DNA of 64,000 nt, taken from the IMG/VR virus record IMGVR_UViG_3300025570_000007, one strand, 5' to 3'. A program made the translations under genes and the position numbers. Below, piece by piece: positions 38,577 to 48,146 of this stretch (the stretch's first letter is position 1; every line of letters starts with the position of its first letter). The stretch is from a virus. Under the pieces are notes generated by a model, which saw only the letters and a program-made list of their open reading frames with translations, was not told the origin of the DNA and did not search any database.

Positions 38577-40103
38577 TTATGGATTAATATCTATTCCTGC
38601 TAATTCTGCCGTTGCTATGTCTGTTATTTCTCCTTGTGTTAATTCTTTGTTCCAAAACCTAACACAATCTAAATTTCCACTAAATGGTAATATTCCTGTT
38701 TCATTTCCATGTTGACCAAATACCACAGGGTCGTTTCCATCACGTAAACCTACATAAGTTCCATTTATAAATTCAGTTACATCTTGTTCTACACCATTAA
38801 AATATGTTTTCATCCCTCCTACTAATAAACTATCATCCACAGTGCAAATTAAATGTACCCATTGATTATCAGCTGGTGTTGCTATTGTTTGTGTATAAAT
38901 TCTATCTGTATTGTTGGTACTTTCCAGATACCATTGAATCTTTTCATCTACATAATAAACGTAAAATTCTCTCGTAAGATTTAGTTTACTTACTATCATT
39001 CCATTTTCCACTCGATTTGTTATGTAAATTAACATAGAAATGCTCCATGCATTTGAGCCAAAATTAAAACTTGCAGAATCTGGTATAACAACTTTTGCAG
39101 TTGTGCTATTAAAAACTCCTGTTTGTCCTACTAATCCACTTGCATAAGTTAAATCAGTTGCAGTTCCATTATTAGTTCCCACTGTATCAAGTGTGTTATT
39201 TTCAAACTTATATTCAGATATAATGTTTTGCAGTGGCAGTATATCAGCTATCAATCCAAAGTTTACCCTTGCAACACGAATATCTTCTGCAACATCTAAA
39301 CTTGATAAATCTCCTGCTTGTACAGTAAATCCTCTATTATCATTAATTTTACCACCTGTAATACTGTTACTATAGCCTACTCCAAGAAACATTCCAATTA
39401 AAGATTGTCCTCCAACAATTTCATTTCCTAGATTTCCGATAACTTCAATTCCATTTCTATAAAACTTTGGAACTCCTTCTATATATACAAGAGAAAAGAG
39501 AGTAAAGGTTGTGGTACTATCTCCTTTGGGAAAGCTATAAAAGTAATCTGATGCACTCCCATTTCTATCATAAAGAAACTTAAATCCTAAGATATAATTT
39601 GACCCACTAGGTCTAAAAGCTAATCCTATATTGCCTTGTCCTTTTATATCATCTCTTCTAATAAGTAGATTTATTCTTGTATTATTGGGATTTGTCTCAT
39701 TTCTAAAGCAATAATGAACTATAAAATCTTGAGATAGGTCTAGGTTAGGTTGCCCCAATCTGTATAATCCCATCGCTTGTGTAGTGTCCATTATATGAGT
39801 ATCTCCTATACCTACTCCATCTACTGCTGAAGGTTGTAGAGAAGGTGTGGGATTAGTTAAAACTACTTCTCCTTTCTGTTGCTCATACAACTTACTGTAT
39901 CTAACATCTCCCCCTTGAGCAAATGTAGTTATCTCATTTGCATCTACACTAATTCCATCCCATCCTATATCTACTGTAACATCATCCAAGACTCTTCTAA
40001 GTTCAGCGGGTGAAGGAACATCATTAAATTTATAAGTAGAGAATGAATATTTCTTATCAAAAGAGCTTGTTGTTCTCATAAACATTGCTTTTTTCTTACT
40101 CAT
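38577..40103 (-). CDS. LamG/concanavalin-like lectin virion protein (receptor-binding candidate)
   Basis: YKFENNTLD, NQWVHLICT, YFNGV, FSGNLDCVRFWNKELT. Confidence 0.8.
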   Translation of the reverse strand: MSKKKAMFMRTTSSFDKKYSFSTYKFNDVPSPAELRRVLDDVTVDIGWDGISVDANEITTFAQGGDVRYSKLYEQQKGEVVLTNPTPSLQPSAVDGVGIGDTHIMDTTQAMGLYRLGQPNLDLSQDFIVHYCFRNETNPNNTRINLLIRRDDIKGQGNIGLAFRPSGSNYILGFKFLYDRNGSASDYFYSFPKGDSTTTFTLFSLVYIEGVPKFYRNGIEVIGNLGNEIVGGQSLIGMFLGVGYSNSITGGKINDNRGFTVQAGDLSSLDVAEDIRVARVNFGLIADILPLQNIISEYKFENNTLDTVGTNNGTATDLTYASGLVGQTGVFNSTTAKVVIPDSASFNFGSNAWSISMLIYITNRVENGMIVSKLNLTREFYVYYVDEKIQWYLESTNNTDRIYTQTIATPADNQWVHLICTVDDSLLVGGMKTYFNGVEQDVTEFINGTYVGLRDGNDPVVFGQHGNETGILPFSGNLDCVRFWNKELTQGEITDIATAELAGIDINP

Positions 40104-40105
40104 GC

Positions 40106-41488
40106 TTAATCAGGTTGTGAGATTAAAACTTTGAAAAAAGGAGTAGTTGATATTTTTACATATTCCGCAACTACTGTGTTTATAGGACCTGGGGTGTATC
40201 CACCGTTAATATAGTCAACCCATCCTACTGGCCAAGTTGGTGTAAAACTACCTGTCATATATATTGTGATTAGCTTACTGCCTACTAAGGGTAAGTTGGT
40301 ATCCGTAAATGTACAATCTCCTGTTAGTTCATAGTAGAATGTTTCGTATGAATCCCAATCTATGTTTTTTGAACCTGAGACTGTGAGGTCTTCTTCAAGC
40401 CTGTATTCCAAGCCAGTTAAACCACTTCCGTCACCTCGGAAACTTCCACTAAAACTTCCACTTGCTTCAAATACCTTTAAACTACCGCTAATTGTTAAAT
40501 CTGCAGTAATCGCCCTATCTTCATCTACTTGTATAAATTCATGTTTATTTAAATTATTTACGCGTACGTGTATAGTTCCGTTACTCTTAGTGTTGAGTAC
40601 AAATGCAACAGGCATTGCCATTCCAGGAAAAACTGGTTCTATATTAGTGATTACACCGGGTATAGTTGAGCTAATGTAGAGTATGTCACCCTCTTCCCAA
40701 AGACCTCCCCAATCGCCGCTTCCACTGTAATCTGTCTTAACGCCTCTAACTTTACCAAAAGTTGTTACTTTCCCTACATCGCCACTATCTATTGCTTCGG
40801 TTGAAACACCTAAAAATCGTTTTGTATTTACTGTATCAGAACCATCCATTAGTGCAACTCTAATATTTCCACTTGCACCGTTCGTTCCTACTGCCATTAC
40901 AGCCATGCCGTCTCCTATGTTTACGCCGCTATCATTTACAACTTGATACTGCTGTTCTTGTCCTACCTGTAAAGTAGTCCCGTTTTGAATTAAGTCTAAT
41001 GTAAGTTCCTCCGGATTCCATTGTAAAGTTCCTTGTACTGTAGGTGTATTTTCGGGTGTAGTGTTGAATGTAATATAATCAATACTTGATATTCCATCGG
41101 TTATATCTACTGACCCTGACATTATAGTTGAGTTGTTTATCTCTAGTGTCCCGTTTATAAGTAGGTTACCGTTAAACGTGTCGGTTGTATTTAGTAAGTA
41201 CGATCCTGTAGCACTTGTTAAATTAGTTACTTCTGCTTGGATTGACCCTGTAAATATGTTTATTGAAGCTGAATGGATACTTAGATTGTCTACTTCTGCT
41301 TGGATTGACCCTGTAAATATGTTTATTGAAGCTGAATGGATACTTAGATTGTCTACTTCTGCTTGGATTGCGTCTAAAGAAGCTGATTGAGCAGCGGTTC
41401 CGTCGTTTCCCTTTATTCCTTTTTCTGATATCGAAATCTGCAGTACGGGCGTACTGTCGTCGATATTTATTAATATATTATCAGCCAT
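40106..41488 (-). CDS. Fibre/whisker-like structural protein with coiled-coil repeats
   Basis: Tandem IQAEVDNLSIHSASINIFTGS, many SGS/TGS motifs, GDILYIS domain. Confidence 0.65.
   Translation of the reverse strand: MADNILINIDDSTPVLQISISEKGIKGNDGTAAQSASLDAIQAEVDNLSIHSASINIFTGSIQAEVDNLSIHSASINIFTGSIQAEVTNLTSATGSYLLNTTDTFNGNLLINGTLEINNSTIMSGSVDITDGISSIDYITFNTTPENTPTVQGTLQWNPEELTLDLIQNGTTLQVGQEQQYQVVNDSGVNIGDGMAVMAVGTNGASGNIRVALMDGSDTVNTKRFLGVSTEAIDSGDVGKVTTFGKVRGVKTDYSGSGDWGGLWEEGDILYISSTIPGVITNIEPVFPGMAMPVAFVLNTKSNGTIHVRVNNLNKHEFIQVDEDRAITADLTISGSLKVFEASGSFSGSFRGDGSGLTGLEYRLEEDLTVSGSKNIDWDSYETFYYELTGDCTFTDTNLPLVGSKLITIYMTGSFTPTWPVGWVDYINGGYTPGPINTVVAEYVKISTTPFFKVLISQPD
41228..41370. repeat. 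Perfect 63-bp tandem repeat, about 2.3 copies
   Basis: Units start at 41228, 41291 and 41354. Confidence 0.95.
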
Positions 41489-41489
41489 A

Positions 41490-41843
41490 CTATCTTGTTA
41501 CGTCGTTTACAATCTCAAGTACACCCTGTACGTAAGTCTTAACAACTCCGCTAGAGAATGTAACTTCCACGTCGTAGTAGTAGATGCTTACGGCTAGTTC
41601 CATTGAGCTTATAGCATCTAGGGTAAATGTTCCATTAACCGCATCATCAACGGTAATCCCGTTTCCAATAGAAAGATCTAATGATAACCCTCCACTTTTA
41701 GATCCTTTTCTAAACTGGCATCTGATTATTGCTGCTGTTAAATCAATAGGTGTAGCGGTAGTTATATTACTAAGGGTAAACTGTACTCCGTTAAATCCGT
41801 CCCCTCTTACATGGGTTTTAAAATTATAAGTTACGGGTTTCAT
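41490..41843 (-). CDS. BppU-N-like adaptor/structural protein
   Basis: RGD.F...PIDLT...QFR...YYYDVEV...TYVQG. Confidence 0.7.
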   Translation of the reverse strand: MKPVTYNFKTHVRGDGFNGVQFTLSNITTATPIDLTAAIIRCQFRKGSKSGGLSLDLSIGNGITVDDAVNGTFTLDAISSMELAVSIYYYDVEVTFSSGVVKTYVQGVLEIVNDVTR

Positions 41844-41866
41844 CTGTATTTTAATATAAATAGCAA

Positions 41867-42553
41867 TTAATCCCTAAAGGTTTTATAAACTTCTAGTAGT
41901 GGGGATACGATGGTATGTCTATGGTTTGCTAATAGAGTATATATCTTAAAGCCTTTAACATGCTCTTCTAATCTGAAAAGAAAACTAAAACCTGTATCTT
42001 TCTTATCTTTTAAATCTATCTGTGCCAAATCTCCACAGATTACCATCTTAGATCCCTTACCTAATCTGCCCAATACAGCTTCCATTTGGGAATGGGTAAC
42101 GTTTTGAGCTTCATCTACAATAATAAAAGCATCTGTAAATGTTCTTCCTCTTAGAAATGCGAAAGGAACTATTTCAATATTTTCCTTCTCTAATTCCTTA
42201 TCTACCTTTTCCTTACTATATAGCATGTATAGGTTGTGATAGATTGGAGCTAACCACGGATCCATTTTATCCTTTATATCTCCTGGTAAAAATCCTATAT
42301 CTTCTTTAGACACTGTTGGTCTTGTTATTATTACCTTCTTTACCTGTTTTGTAAATAACATATCTAATGCAACTTGTGCTGCTACTAAGGTTTTACCGCT
42401 TCCTGCCATCCCTTTCAGCACGGTTATAGGATTTGTAAGAATAGTAGCTTTTGCTTCTTTCTGTTCTTCGTTTAGTTGTAAGTTAAATTTAATTGGATTC
42501 TTCGGTCTGCGTTTTTGAGTAAATATCTCATCAGTGTGTGAATTACTTGCCAT
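41867..42553 (-). CDS. phoH: PhoH-family ATPase
   Basis: GMAGSGKT, RP, GFLPGD, LRGRTF, DEAQN, GDLAQID. Confidence 0.95.
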   Translation of the reverse strand: MASNSHTDEIFTQKRRPKNPIKFNLQLNEEQKEAKATILTNPITVLKGMAGSGKTLVAAQVALDMLFTKQVKKVIITRPTVSKEDIGFLPGDIKDKMDPWLAPIYHNLYMLYSKEKVDKELEKENIEIVPFAFLRGRTFTDAFIIVDEAQNVTHSQMEAVLGRLGKGSKMVICGDLAQIDLKDKKDTGFSFLFRLEEHVKGFKIYTLLANHRHTIVSPLLEVYKTFRD

Positions 42554-42604
42554 ATAGGAACTTTATTGTTTAGTATAAATATCCGAAAAATTCCTCGTAT
42601 AAAC

Positions 42605-42635
42605 AAAAAAAGAGAGGGCTAATGCCCTCCCTCTT
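42605..42635 (-). terminator. Intrinsic terminator after major capsid gene
   Basis: Sense GAGGGAGGGC-ATTA-GCCCTCTC-T7. Confidence 0.85.
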
Positions 42636-42656
42636 ATTATCTATGATAAGTGTTAC

Positions 42657-44264
42657 TTATATAGTCTCTAAATCACTGATGAAGATCTTACCGTAAAATT
42701 CTGGTCTGATCATTTGTTTAGCGTAACGAGTCATGATACCTTTACGTGGAGTAAAAGTTTCTGGATCGTATACTAACGGTGTCATCATTAACGGAATGTA
42801 TGGAGCATATACAGCACCTGTTTCCAAGAATTGAGAACCTCTGTATCCCATAAGGATTGTGTTTTCAGTCATGTAAGGGTTTTTGTATACCTTGTAACGT
42901 CCGTTTAATGATCCGGCTTTTTGTACACCGAATGCAAAGTCCATTTTGTCACCGTCTGTGTTAGCAGCAAATCCTGGAATAGATTCTAAGATTGTAGCTA
43001 CTGTTGGAGATACTACTAAGAAGTTAGCTCCACCACGTAAAGTTTTTTGATGAATTTTGTTTGAGATCTTTTGGATTTTAGTACCAAGTGTTTGGAACCA
43101 TTGTCCTTGAGTGTTATAGAAATCTGTAGAAGCAGCTGTTCCTGAAGACCAAGCTCCATTCTCATATGTTCTGTTATTTCTAGCTGACCACTTTTCAGTT
43201 GTACGAGCACCTAAGATTAACATATCTAAGATCTCTAAATCGATCTCCATAGAGATATATTCAGACAATAGAGAAGTTAATTCAGCTTCTGCGTCAATGT
43301 TTTGGTAAGCACTAAGATCTTGAGAAAATTCTGGTGTCCATTGTGCTTTTAACTTACGTGTTTTAGCAACAATTGCTTCAGAAGCAAGTTCTACGTTGAT
43401 CTCAGGAATACTGATTGGATTGTTTGCTGAGTTTAAAGTTGTGTTACCGTCTTCAAAGTCACCTCTCTTATTATCAGTTGGTTGTTTGTGATAAACAACA
43501 GATCCTGTGATTGATGTATCTACTGATGTAGCAGATTTTGCGATAACGAAAGTTACTGCATTTCCTGATACTGTAGTATACTGTGGTAAACTTGTTACGT
43601 CTGCTGATGCAGATAAGATTCTAAAAGCTCTTACGCCTTCAGCATCAAAGTTAGTACCTGAAAAATCAACTGCTACTGTGTAGTAGTCGCCTGGATTAAT
43701 TCCAGCTTCAAATCCGATAGATGCAGATGTTGCAGCTCCTACCCCTTGAGTGATGGCTAAAGAAGCCGAGTTGATTGTGTATCCAAATCTTCCTGCTCCG
43801 TAAAGACCTCCGTCTACGTCTTGATCTACAGCCATTTTACTGTTTGCAGTTGAAACGTTTCCGTAGATATTGTCTCCTTCAGAGAAAGGTGCATTACCTG
43901 ATCCGTATTTAAAATCTAAGTAAAATACAAGTCCTGAAGGTAAATTCATTGGTTGTACAGATACAAAGTCTTTAGAAGCGATTTGAGCGAATACTTTACG
44001 TACTAATGGTAAAGCTACTCCTGCCCATTGTTCTCCTGAACCGGCTGTGAAGCTTGCTCCTGCAGTACCGTTACCGGTAACAGAACCTTCAGATACGATT
44101 CTTTTAGCTTGATTCTCAAGAATCATAGCCATGTTATTTTTCTCGATTTCGTTAGAGATTCCCTCTAATAATCCAGACTGTTGCCATTTCCCAGCTAAAC
44201 GTGCAGCATCTGCTTGTACGCTTTTGTAAGGGTTAGCACTCTCTAATAATTGGTTAATTTCCAT
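42657..44264 (-). CDS. Major capsid protein (T4 gp23-like)
   Basis: ILENQ, LPLVRKVF, VQPMNLPSGLVF, AKTRKLKAQWTPEFSQDL, YAPYIPL, PRKGIMTRY. Confidence 0.97.
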   Translation of the reverse strand: MEINQLLESANPYKSVQADAARLAGKWQQSGLLEGISNEIEKNNMAMILENQAKRIVSEGSVTGNGTAGASFTAGSGEQWAGVALPLVRKVFAQIASKDFVSVQPMNLPSGLVFYLDFKYGSGNAPFSEGDNIYGNVSTANSKMAVDQDVDGGLYGAGRFGYTINSASLAITQGVGAATSASIGFEAGINPGDYYTVAVDFSGTNFDAEGVRAFRILSASADVTSLPQYTTVSGNAVTFVIAKSATSVDTSITGSVVYHKQPTDNKRGDFEDGNTTLNSANNPISIPEINVELASEAIVAKTRKLKAQWTPEFSQDLSAYQNIDAEAELTSLLSEYISMEIDLEILDMLILGARTTEKWSARNNRTYENGAWSSGTAASTDFYNTQGQWFQTLGTKIQKISNKIHQKTLRGGANFLVVSPTVATILESIPGFAANTDGDKMDFAFGVQKAGSLNGRYKVYKNPYMTENTILMGYRGSQFLETGAVYAPYIPLMMTPLVYDPETFTPRKGIMTRYAKQMIRPEFYGKIFISDLETI

Positions 44265-44292
44265 AATTATTTTTAAAAAATGTGTTCTTTAA

Positions 44293-45441
44293 TTATTTTA
44301 TAATTCCTGCTAGTTTCTGCATTCTTCTAACAGCGTCTGATGCTTCAGAGATAATCTCTGGTTTTGCAGCAGTAGTTCCGGTGGCTTTTGAAGCTCTACC
44401 TAATTTTGCTTCTTGTATTTTGCGTCCTCTTATAGGCTTAGCAATTACGTTTTTAGAAACAGTTTCGTAAACTAATTTAACTTCTTTTACTGTCTCAGCT
44501 TTATCAAATGCAGTGATAATATTCACTTTTTGAGACTCGTTTAAATTATTTACTTTGAATACCTTATTTACATAAAGTAATTTAGCATTAAGAAGATTAA
44601 CTTCTTGAAGTTGTTTCTTAAGTACGTTAACTGTCTTAACTGCCTCTTTCAAGTCAGCTTTTACTTCTTCCACAGTTTCTTCTTTAGATTCTTCTTGTTC
44701 GTTTCTCATTGCTGATCCGGCTCCGGCTCCTAAGTCCTGTAAAAGTGCTATTGCTTTTGCAGCAATAGGTCCTCCTTTAGCTACTAGAGCTTTTAATCCG
44801 TCAACGATACTATCAAGTCCAGCTGCAGCTCCTCCGGTTGGTTCTCCACCAAATTGACCTTCGTTTGCTTCGCCTTCTTCCATTGCAGAAAGTTCTCTAA
44901 GAAGTTCGTCTAAATCAATTTCCTCTTCTTCTTCTGCTCCCATCATATCATCAGCAGGCATTTCTTCGCCTGGTAATTCTTCTCCTGGGATTGGTTCTCC
45001 TTCTAGTCCACCTTCGCCAGCCTCTTGGCCAACTATGTCTCTAATAAGGTCTTTTAAATCGTCGATAGTTAAATCTTCAATTTCTAATTCGTCTTCAAGT
45101 TCACCTTCTTCGCCAGCTTCTGCTTCGTCTTCAGATTCTTCTGAATCAACCTCGGCTTCGTCTTCTAGACCTTCTTCTTCCTCTTCGAAAGTAAGTTCTT
45201 CCTCAAGTTGTTTAGTCTGTTCAGTTGTGTCTTTCGTGTTAACGTCTACTTCTCCACCTTGGATTTCATCAACTGTTTCTTCATCAGACTCTTCCATCTC
45301 TTGAAGTTTTGCAGCTAACATGCTTTTTAAATGAGGTGTCAATGTTTCCTCTAAAGCGTCTTTAGCGTTGATTATAGCAGCTTCACGTACAGACTTCGCG
45401 GCAGCAATAGCTTCCTTGAATAGTTCTTTGTTGTTGTGCAT
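44293..45441 (-). CDS. Prohead core scaffold protein (gp22-like)
   Basis: Very acidic coiled coil, EVNLLNAKLLY, RMQKLAGI, directly upstream of the capsid gene. Confidence 0.85.
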   Translation of the reverse strand: MHNNKELFKEAIAAAKSVREAAIINAKDALEETLTPHLKSMLAAKLQEMEESDEETVDEIQGGEVDVNTKDTTEQTKQLEEELTFEEEEEGLEDEAEVDSEESEDEAEAGEEGELEDELEIEDLTIDDLKDLIRDIVGQEAGEGGLEGEPIPGEELPGEEMPADDMMGAEEEEEIDLDELLRELSAMEEGEANEGQFGGEPTGGAAAGLDSIVDGLKALVAKGGPIAAKAIALLQDLGAGAGSAMRNEQEESKEETVEEVKADLKEAVKTVNVLKKQLQEVNLLNAKLLYVNKVFKVNNLNESQKVNIITAFDKAETVKEVKLVYETVSKNVIAKPIRGRKIQEAKLGRASKATGTTAAKPEIISEASDAVRRMQKLAGIIK

Positions 45442-45462
45442 TTAATAAATTTTTGTTGTGTC

Positions 45463-45522
45463 TACGATTATTGGAATCGTAATAGGAAAGTTTTTTATGC
45501 GAATACAGTATAGTGACTGTAT
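45463..45522 (-). promoter_or_regulatory. Two-hairpin 5' leader of the scaffold-capsid operon
   Basis: Stems ATACAGT/ACTGTAT and TACGATT/AATCGTA between the late motif at 45532-45539 and the ATG at 45441. Confidence 0.45.
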
Positions 45523-45557
45523 ATTTGTAATAATAAATAGTGCTAGGTTCCGGAAAC

Positions 45558-45587
45558 AAGAAAACCTACCGTTTCGGGTAGGTTCTT
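45558..45587 (-). terminator. Intrinsic terminator
   Basis: Sense AACCTACC-CGAAAC-GGTAGGTT-TTCTT. Confidence 0.8.
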
Positions 45588-45610
45588 ATGGTGTGTTATG
45601 TTTTTACTAT

Positions 45611-46237
45611 TTACTTCTGAAAGATTAATACATCTTCGCTGTCAAAGAAAAGAACTGATGTTTTAAATCCGCTTTCATCGTTTGGAGTATACCCTACTTC
45701 TGTAGGATCTAGTGTATAGTTTATAGCAAAACCATCTTCGATTTCTTTTGCGTTTTCAGGATCTGTTAATATCTGTTGTCTTTGACTTTCTAGATATTTT
45801 AAAAGTTCTTTAGGGTCTCTATTATCTTTTACCTCAACATTACCAGGAGATCCGTAATCTGTTTCAGTGCGTACAGGTCTGTTAAGATCTATCCCTACTT
45901 TCTTGAAGAGATCAGCTACTGATATATCTTTTCCGCTTATGTAGTTAGAGGTCTCCTCTTTTTCGTTTTCTTTAATTCCCTGGAGGTAATCTCTAACGAT
46001 TGAGTCGATTTCGTCTGTGTCTTTACTTGAGATTAAAGAGTCCCAAGTATTCCATCCTTGTTGATCTTCATCATCTCCTGTTAAATCATCGTAAACCTGT
46101 CTTAATACCTCTTGTCCGTATTTTTTCTCAATATAGGTTTGTGCGTTAAATTCCTTGATTACTGTGTTAACTCTCTTACTATCGAAAGTTTGTTTATTCT
46201 CTATTAAGAATTTTTTAAGGTCGAAATTGTCTGCCAT
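45611..46237 (-). CDS. Putative internal head protein
   Basis: MADNFDLKKFLIENK, VIKE and GIKE sites, acidic. Confidence 0.6.
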   Translation of the reverse strand: MADNFDLKKFLIENKQTFDSKRVNTVIKEFNAQTYIEKKYGQEVLRQVYDDLTGDDEDQQGWNTWDSLISSKDTDEIDSIVRDYLQGIKENEKEETSNYISGKDISVADLFKKVGIDLNRPVRTETDYGSPGNVEVKDNRDPKELLKYLESQRQQILTDPENAKEIEDGFAINYTLDPTEVGYTPNDESGFKTSVLFFDSEDVLIFQK

Positions 46238-46278
46238 TTTATTATTATTATTATTATTATGCTAAATATATGTGTTTT

Positions 46279-47262
46279 TTATCGTTTTTGCAACTGTTTA
46301 TCTAAGTAATCTTGGTAAGCTTCTGCTTCTTCTGGTCTCATTTCTCTATCTATCTCGATTGAGTCGTAATCAGTTTCGCCATATGATCCTGCAGCTATCC
46401 CTACATAATACTTACCTGTGCTTGTACTTTTTCCGTTCATCTCAACATCATACCCTTCTCTTTCTGATTCATCTTGATCCCAAGGATTATCTGTTCCTCC
46501 GTATGGAAGTACTCCGTCTTCTGTCCACTCTATGTCGTCTGGATGTTCTAATGTATTTTCTTTAACACTTCCTTTACGTTTTGCTAATTCTTTCTTAACA
46601 TCTTGTATATCTTGTTCATTTCCTTCGTACCTTGATAGATTAACAATCATATCAGCTAGTGCATCATTAGAATATCCTTCAAGACCTTCAATAACAATTA
46701 ATTTAATTACATCTTCCTTAAGTACTCTCTCTTTAGGTGTTAATCCTTCAAATAACGATTCATATGCCCATTGATGTAGTTGATCTGCATGCTGATCCTG
46801 TAATCTGTTTAATTGATCATCTGTTAACTCGGTTCCATCTTCAAAATTAGCTGTTGCTATGAAAGTATCGGTAAAATCAGGGTAATCCCTATCATCTACA
46901 CCGTCTAGTTGAACTGTTCCCATGTCTACCTTCTTTCCGTCAATAGTTCCTGCTGGTTCTACTGGTAAGTCTGGAGATATTTGGAATCCTTTAATACTTT
47001 TAACGCTATATGTGATTTCCCCTATTTTATCTTTTAGTAGAGCTAATGCTTCATCTTCGCTACCTGCTTCTACAGTGTATCCATAGTCTACTCCTGGTCT
47101 ACTCTCTACATTTACAACTATCTTATACTGTAAAGGCTCTTCTTTAATGACTCTATGGGTAACTAGCTTATTTTCGTTAGTATTATCCTCTGTTAAAATC
47201 TTTTTACCTTGTTCCTCCTTATAGTTAGTTAGAAACCTGTAATAGTTGAATCTTTCTCCCAT
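46279..47262 (-). CDS. Putative internal head polyprotein
   Basis: Acidic modules separated by ILTE, VIKE, LFE, VLKE, VKE. Confidence 0.6.
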   Translation of the reverse strand: MGERFNYYRFLTNYKEEQGKKILTEDNTNENKLVTHRVIKEEPLQYKIVVNVESRPGVDYGYTVEAGSEDEALALLKDKIGEITYSVKSIKGFQISPDLPVEPAGTIDGKKVDMGTVQLDGVDDRDYPDFTDTFIATANFEDGTELTDDQLNRLQDQHADQLHQWAYESLFEGLTPKERVLKEDVIKLIVIEGLEGYSNDALADMIVNLSRYEGNEQDIQDVKKELAKRKGSVKENTLEHPDDIEWTEDGVLPYGGTDNPWDQDESEREGYDVEMNGKSTSTGKYYVGIAAGSYGETDYDSIEIDREMRPEEAEAYQDYLDKQLQKR

Positions 47263-47840
47263 TATGCTCTTAATATGTCGTTAATTAGATCGTGTGCTTT
47301 ACAGTATCTGGTGCAAGCTTGCTTTCCTTCGTTTAAACTTACTGGATTCATAAATGCTCCATGTGTTGAAGGATTAGATACAAAGTCCCAGCATACTAAC
47401 TCAAAATCAGGCTGTACTTCTAATGTTCCTTCATTTGTTTGTTCTACTGATCCTGTTCCTCTTGATGAAATACCTATTGTATGACCTGCTTTTACAATCT
47501 CCTTTACAATATTTCCTGAAGGTGTATTAAGAAGTTCTATTCTTCCTTTCAGTTCATCACCATCCCACCATAATTCTTTGATTATATGTGATGCATTCTT
47601 TAAAGACACTACTGCTGATTCAGGATGATCTAACTCACCGTAAGCATTCCCGTTCTTTACAAACTCGTCTACATATTTTTGAGCTTCAGTTACTAAAATC
47701 TCTTTTTTATATACTCTCCCGTTCTGGTTTTTAGCTCCAGCTCTTTGTAATACACCTTCTACCTCAAAAACACCAGGTCTTTGCTTAGATTCCCTAAGGA
47801 TAGGTTTAAACGATGTTATATCTACAAGTAATTTTGTCAT
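47262..47840 (-). CDS. Prohead maturation protease (T4 gp21-like)
   Basis: NQNGRVY, GELDHP, NASH, GISSRGTGS, WDFVSNPS. Confidence 0.95.
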   Translation of the reverse strand: MTKLLVDITSFKPILRESKQRPGVFEVEGVLQRAGAKNQNGRVYKKEILVTEAQKYVDEFVKNGNAYGELDHPESAVVSLKNASHIIKELWWDGDELKGRIELLNTPSGNIVKEIVKAGHTIGISSRGTGSVEQTNEGTLEVQPDFELVCWDFVSNPSTHGAFMNPVSLNEGKQACTRYCKAHDLINDILRA

Positions 47841-47846
47841 GTTCTT

Positions 47847-48146
47847 TTAGTTTCCTGTTCTACTCTTTACTCCTTTGTATGCACCAAGTAAGTGACTGGC
47901 TATTGATTTAGCATCCATGTTTGTTAACTGGTCTGCTGATCTTCTGTAATGTTCTGCAAGCTTATATAAAAGTTCCTCCATTTCCTCTGCAGAAAAGTAT
48001 CGAAGTTCGTCCATTATCTGTTCTACACTCTGATTTTTATTATTAGAGCTTTCGTACAGTTTAGCTTTCCAGTTATGTATATCGAAATCTGATTTCATAT
48101 TACTTTTTTCTTTTAGTATATTTTCTTTTTGGAGACTTATTCTCAT
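47847..48146 (-). CDS. Small putative internal head protein (probable start MKSDFDIHNW at 48098)
   Basis: FDIHNWK..LYE N-terminal motif resembles FDLKKFLIE. Confidence 0.55.
   Translation of the reverse strand: MRISLQKENILKEKSNMKSDFDIHNWKAKLYESSNNKNQSVEQIMDELRYFSAEEMEELLYKLAEHYRRSADQLTNMDAKSIASHLLGAYKGVKSRTGN

Noticed and set aside
30221-40103. Diversity-generating retroelement acting on fibre or lectin genes
   Set aside because: No reverse transcriptase and no TR/VR pair differing only at adenines. The spare LamG fragment is too divergent at DNA level.
41228-41370. CRISPR-like array
   Set aside because: Head-to-tail coding repeats with no spacers. The Cas4-like nuclease at 61756 is a stand-alone phage exonuclease.
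41867-42553. phoH as a novel auxiliary gene
   Set aside because: Very common in large aquatic phages.
43016-43210. Nested minus-strand ORF inside the capsid gene (also 62897-63082 inside primase)
   Set aside because: Short alternative-frame ORFs with no motifs or expression signals.
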